Source: Flavobacteriales bacterium
GTDB taxonomy: Bacteria > Bacteroidota > Bacteroidia > JANQJC01
Direction of reading: 5' to 3'
NCBI GenBank assembly: GCA_028281825.1
Contig: JANQJC010000076.1
Coordinates: 1,309-65,308 of the forward strand
DNA: 64,000 nt
The translations under genes were made by a program, and so were the position numbers. Within the stretch, counting starts at the first letter, position 1; every line of letters begins with the position of its first letter. The notes beneath the pieces were generated by a model. That model did not search any database. It worked only from the letters and a program-made list of their open reading frames with translations, and was not told the DNA's origin. Below, in pieces: positions 61,872 to 64,000 of this stretch.

Positions 61872-62576
61872 ATGTCACTAAACCTACTTGCATTAGCACT
61901 TACGCCTGGTCTTGTAATAGCCATCTATATTTATCTGCAAGATAAGTATGAGAGAGAACCTATTCGACTGTTGCTTAGGTTTTTTGCATTTGGAATGCTG
62001 AGTACCATACCTGCCATAGTGATGGAAAACTATGGCATGAAGATATTTAATGACTCATCATCGGTGGTGTCACACCTTTTTCAGGCGTTTATAATAGTGG
62101 GTTTTAGTGAGGAACTTTGTAAGTTTTATTTTGTACGTATAGCATATAAGCGGCCAGAATTCAACGAACCCTTTGATGGAATCGTATACTCGGTTATGGT
62201 AGCTTTAGGTTTTGCTACGTTGGAAAATATCATGTATGTATATCAGTATGGTGAAGCGACAGGTTGGGTAAGGATGTTTACCGCTGTTCCTGCCCATGCT
62301 GCAAATGGTGTAATCATGGGATACTTTTTTGGTTTAGCCAAGTTTAGGAAAGAACATAAAACAAGACTGTTACTTACCGGATTGTTTTGGGCAACATTTT
62401 TCCATGGGGCGTATGATTTTTGCCTTTTTGTGAATGAGTTAGTACCCTTAGCAGCAGGGGCAACAATTACATTAATTGTTGCCGTATTCTTATCTCGTAA
62501 AGCCATTAGGTTGCATGCCAAGAATTCTCCTTTTCACCCTCAGAATTTCTTTAAACGCAATAAATTCAGGACATGA
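61872..62576 (+). CDS. prsW: PrsW family intramembrane glutamic protease
   Basis: DKYEREP, EELCK, DGIVY, GFATLEN.Y, R.FTAVPAH, FHGAYDF. Confidence 0.9.
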   Translation: MSLNLLALALTPGLVIAIYIYLQDKYEREPIRLLLRFFAFGMLSTIPAIVMENYGMKIFNDSSSVVSHLFQAFIIVGFSEELCKFYFVRIAYKRPEFNEPFDGIVYSVMVALGFATLENIMYVYQYGEATGWVRMFTAVPAHAANGVIMGYFFGLAKFRKEHKTRLLLTGLFWATFFHGAYDFCLFVNELVPLAAGATITLIVAVFLSRKAIRLHAKNSPFHPQNFFKRNKFRT

Positions 62577-63826
62577 AAAAGGTTTTTTTACTCAGTTTTG
62601 TTCTTTTTACAATGGGCTCTATTCAGACCTATTCACAGACTTACAAGGTGTTGTTTTTAGGTAATAGTTACACAGGAGCTAATAACCTACCTAATATTAT
62701 AGCCAGCATAGCTGATGCTAATGGGGACACTTTAGATTATACCGTCAATACTCCGGGTGGGTATACTTTTGAGGGGCATAGTGGCAACCAGACTACCATT
62801 AGCTACATAGCTTCTGAGGATTGGGATTTTGTAGTGTTACAAGAGCAAAGCCAAAGACCATCTTTTCATCCAGTGCAGGTGGCGCAAGAGGTTTATCCCT
62901 ATGCAGCACAGTTGGATAGTATGATAAAGGAGAATAGCCCCTGCACAGAGACGGTATTTTACATGACTTGGGGGCGCAAATATGGGGATACCCAAAACTG
63001 TCAGTTTTACCCACCTATATGTACTTATGAGGGTATGCAGGAACGGTTAAGGACTAGTTATCTTGAGATGGCTAACACTCATGAGGCGACGTGCGCACCG
63101 GTAGGTATGGCTTGGGCTAATTCCATTCAAACAGACTCAACACTCAACCTGTATACTAGTGACAATAGCCACCCGAATTACTCAGGCTCATACTTGGCGG
63201 CATGTGTTTTTTATGCTACCCTTTATAGGGAAAGCCCAGTTGGAAATACCTTTCACGGCCCATTGAATGCAACTACAGCCGCCTATTTGCAAAACATAGC
63301 AGCCGAAACTGTATTGGATAGCATGAATACCTGGCGCATCGGTGCAAATGATGTGGTAGCAGACTTTACTCATACCCCCATGAATGATACCATGTTTTTG
63401 GATAGCATCTCAAGCAATGCTGATACATGGGAGTGGATTATTGATGGTAATACCGTTCAAACAGAGAATGCTTATTATGAGTTAGCGGGCCAGACAACTC
63501 ACGAAGTAACGCTGATTGCGACTTCTGAATGCGGCTCGGATACCATTCAGAGAAGTATATTTTATGAGCCTTTGGGTATTGAGGTTAATGATTCGCAAAG
63601 CATAGGGATTTACCCTAATCCAAATGATGGTATCTTTAAGATTAATGATATGGGTGGTACCTCACCAGTAGATGTCCGGATAAGTGATGTTACTGGCAGG
63701 TTGGTTTATTCAAAGAGGATAAAGCCCACTGAGACTATTATAGTTGGTGACTTAAAAAGAGGAACCTATTTAGTGACAGTGGAAGAAGCAAGAGTAAAGC
63801 GTTTCAGCAGGATGGTTATTCATTAA
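62573..63826 (+). CDS. T9SS type A SGNH-like (DUF4886-type) hydrolase with PKD-like domain
   Basis: LFLGNSYT, WDFVVLQEQS, DNSHP, GSYLAAC; CTD IYPNPN; ATGA overlap with prsW. Confidence 0.85.
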   Translation: MKKVFLLSFVLFTMGSIQTYSQTYKVLFLGNSYTGANNLPNIIASIADANGDTLDYTVNTPGGYTFEGHSGNQTTISYIASEDWDFVVLQEQSQRPSFHPVQVAQEVYPYAAQLDSMIKENSPCTETVFYMTWGRKYGDTQNCQFYPPICTYEGMQERLRTSYLEMANTHEATCAPVGMAWANSIQTDSTLNLYTSDNSHPNYSGSYLAACVFYATLYRESPVGNTFHGPLNATTAAYLQNIAAETVLDSMNTWRIGANDVVADFTHTPMNDTMFLDSISSNADTWEWIIDGNTVQTENAYYELAGQTTHEVTLIATSECGSDTIQRSIFYEPLGIEVNDSQSIGIYPNPNDGIFKINDMGGTSPVDVRISDVTGRLVYSKRIKPTETIIVGDLKRGTYLVTVEEARVKRFSRMVIH

Positions 63827-63998
63827 CCTTATTGGCTTTTCGCTCATTAAAAGCTTTGTCCAGATAATCGTGGTCTATTTTTCCCTGTTTATCCATTGTC
63901 TCAAATTTCTTTTTGAGCCGTTTTTGTAGTTTCTCAGAGTTTTTCTCACCCAGTCGATAGAGCTTCAATGTGAGCTTTGGGAAATATCTTTTGAGCCA
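63816..63998 (-). CDS. 3' end of an unidentified gene entering from the right edge
   Basis: Open frame WLKRYFPKLTLKLYRLGEKNSEKLQKRLKKKFETMDKQGKIDHDYLDKAFNERKANKVNE-stop, convergent with and overlapping the SGNH stop. Confidence 0.55.
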   Translation of the reverse strand, partial: WLKRYFPKLTLKLYRLGEKNSEKLQKRLKKKFETMDKQGKIDHDYLDKAFNERKANKVNE

Positions 63999-64000
63999 AT

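Overview
Chromosomal window from a Bacteroidota (Bacteroidetes) organism. The assignment rests on TAnnTTTG -7 promoter elements, A-rich starts largely without Shine-Dalgarno motifs, T9SS C-terminal sorting domains, and a str-S10-spc-alpha ribosomal supercluster lacking tuf and followed by carA-eno. From 1 to 17 kb it is mostly housekeeping: DUF58 (partial), trxA, dnaE with a fused N-terminal DEDDh exonuclease, rpsP-rimM-trmN6, rsmD-DUF3822, a TonB receptor, an SGNH hydrolase and uvrD. A Gly-rich/SprB-repeat T9SS type B surface protein spans 17.5-21 kb. The complete ribosomal cluster covers 21-39 kb, including rpmD and rpmJ, which the ORF track missed. From 39 to 64 kb come carA, eno, a UbiD-family decarboxylase, a MORN protein, a phage-tail-fibre-like exported protein, a T9SS esterase, galK/galT and a run of T9SS cargo (M4 and S8 proteases, a Gly-rich protein, an SGNH protein) with a beta-propeller and PrsW. 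I found no rRNA, tRNA, CRISPR, IS or prophage. Best leads: (1) an orphan tail-fibre-like exported protein behind four 9-bp boxes at exact 21-bp period and an ECF-like promoter; (2) a uvrD-coupled membrane protein with three gap-free 34-aa basic repeats and a degenerate M50-like site; (3) a DUF3822 gene that needs a non-canonical (probably CTG) start or readthrough; (4) a shared 5' hairpin at the rpsP and rpsL starts; (5) DnaE with a degenerate PHP site plus fused proofreader; (6) two unlinked polyglycine-rich T9SS proteins. All family assignments come from motif recognition by eye; no database search was run.
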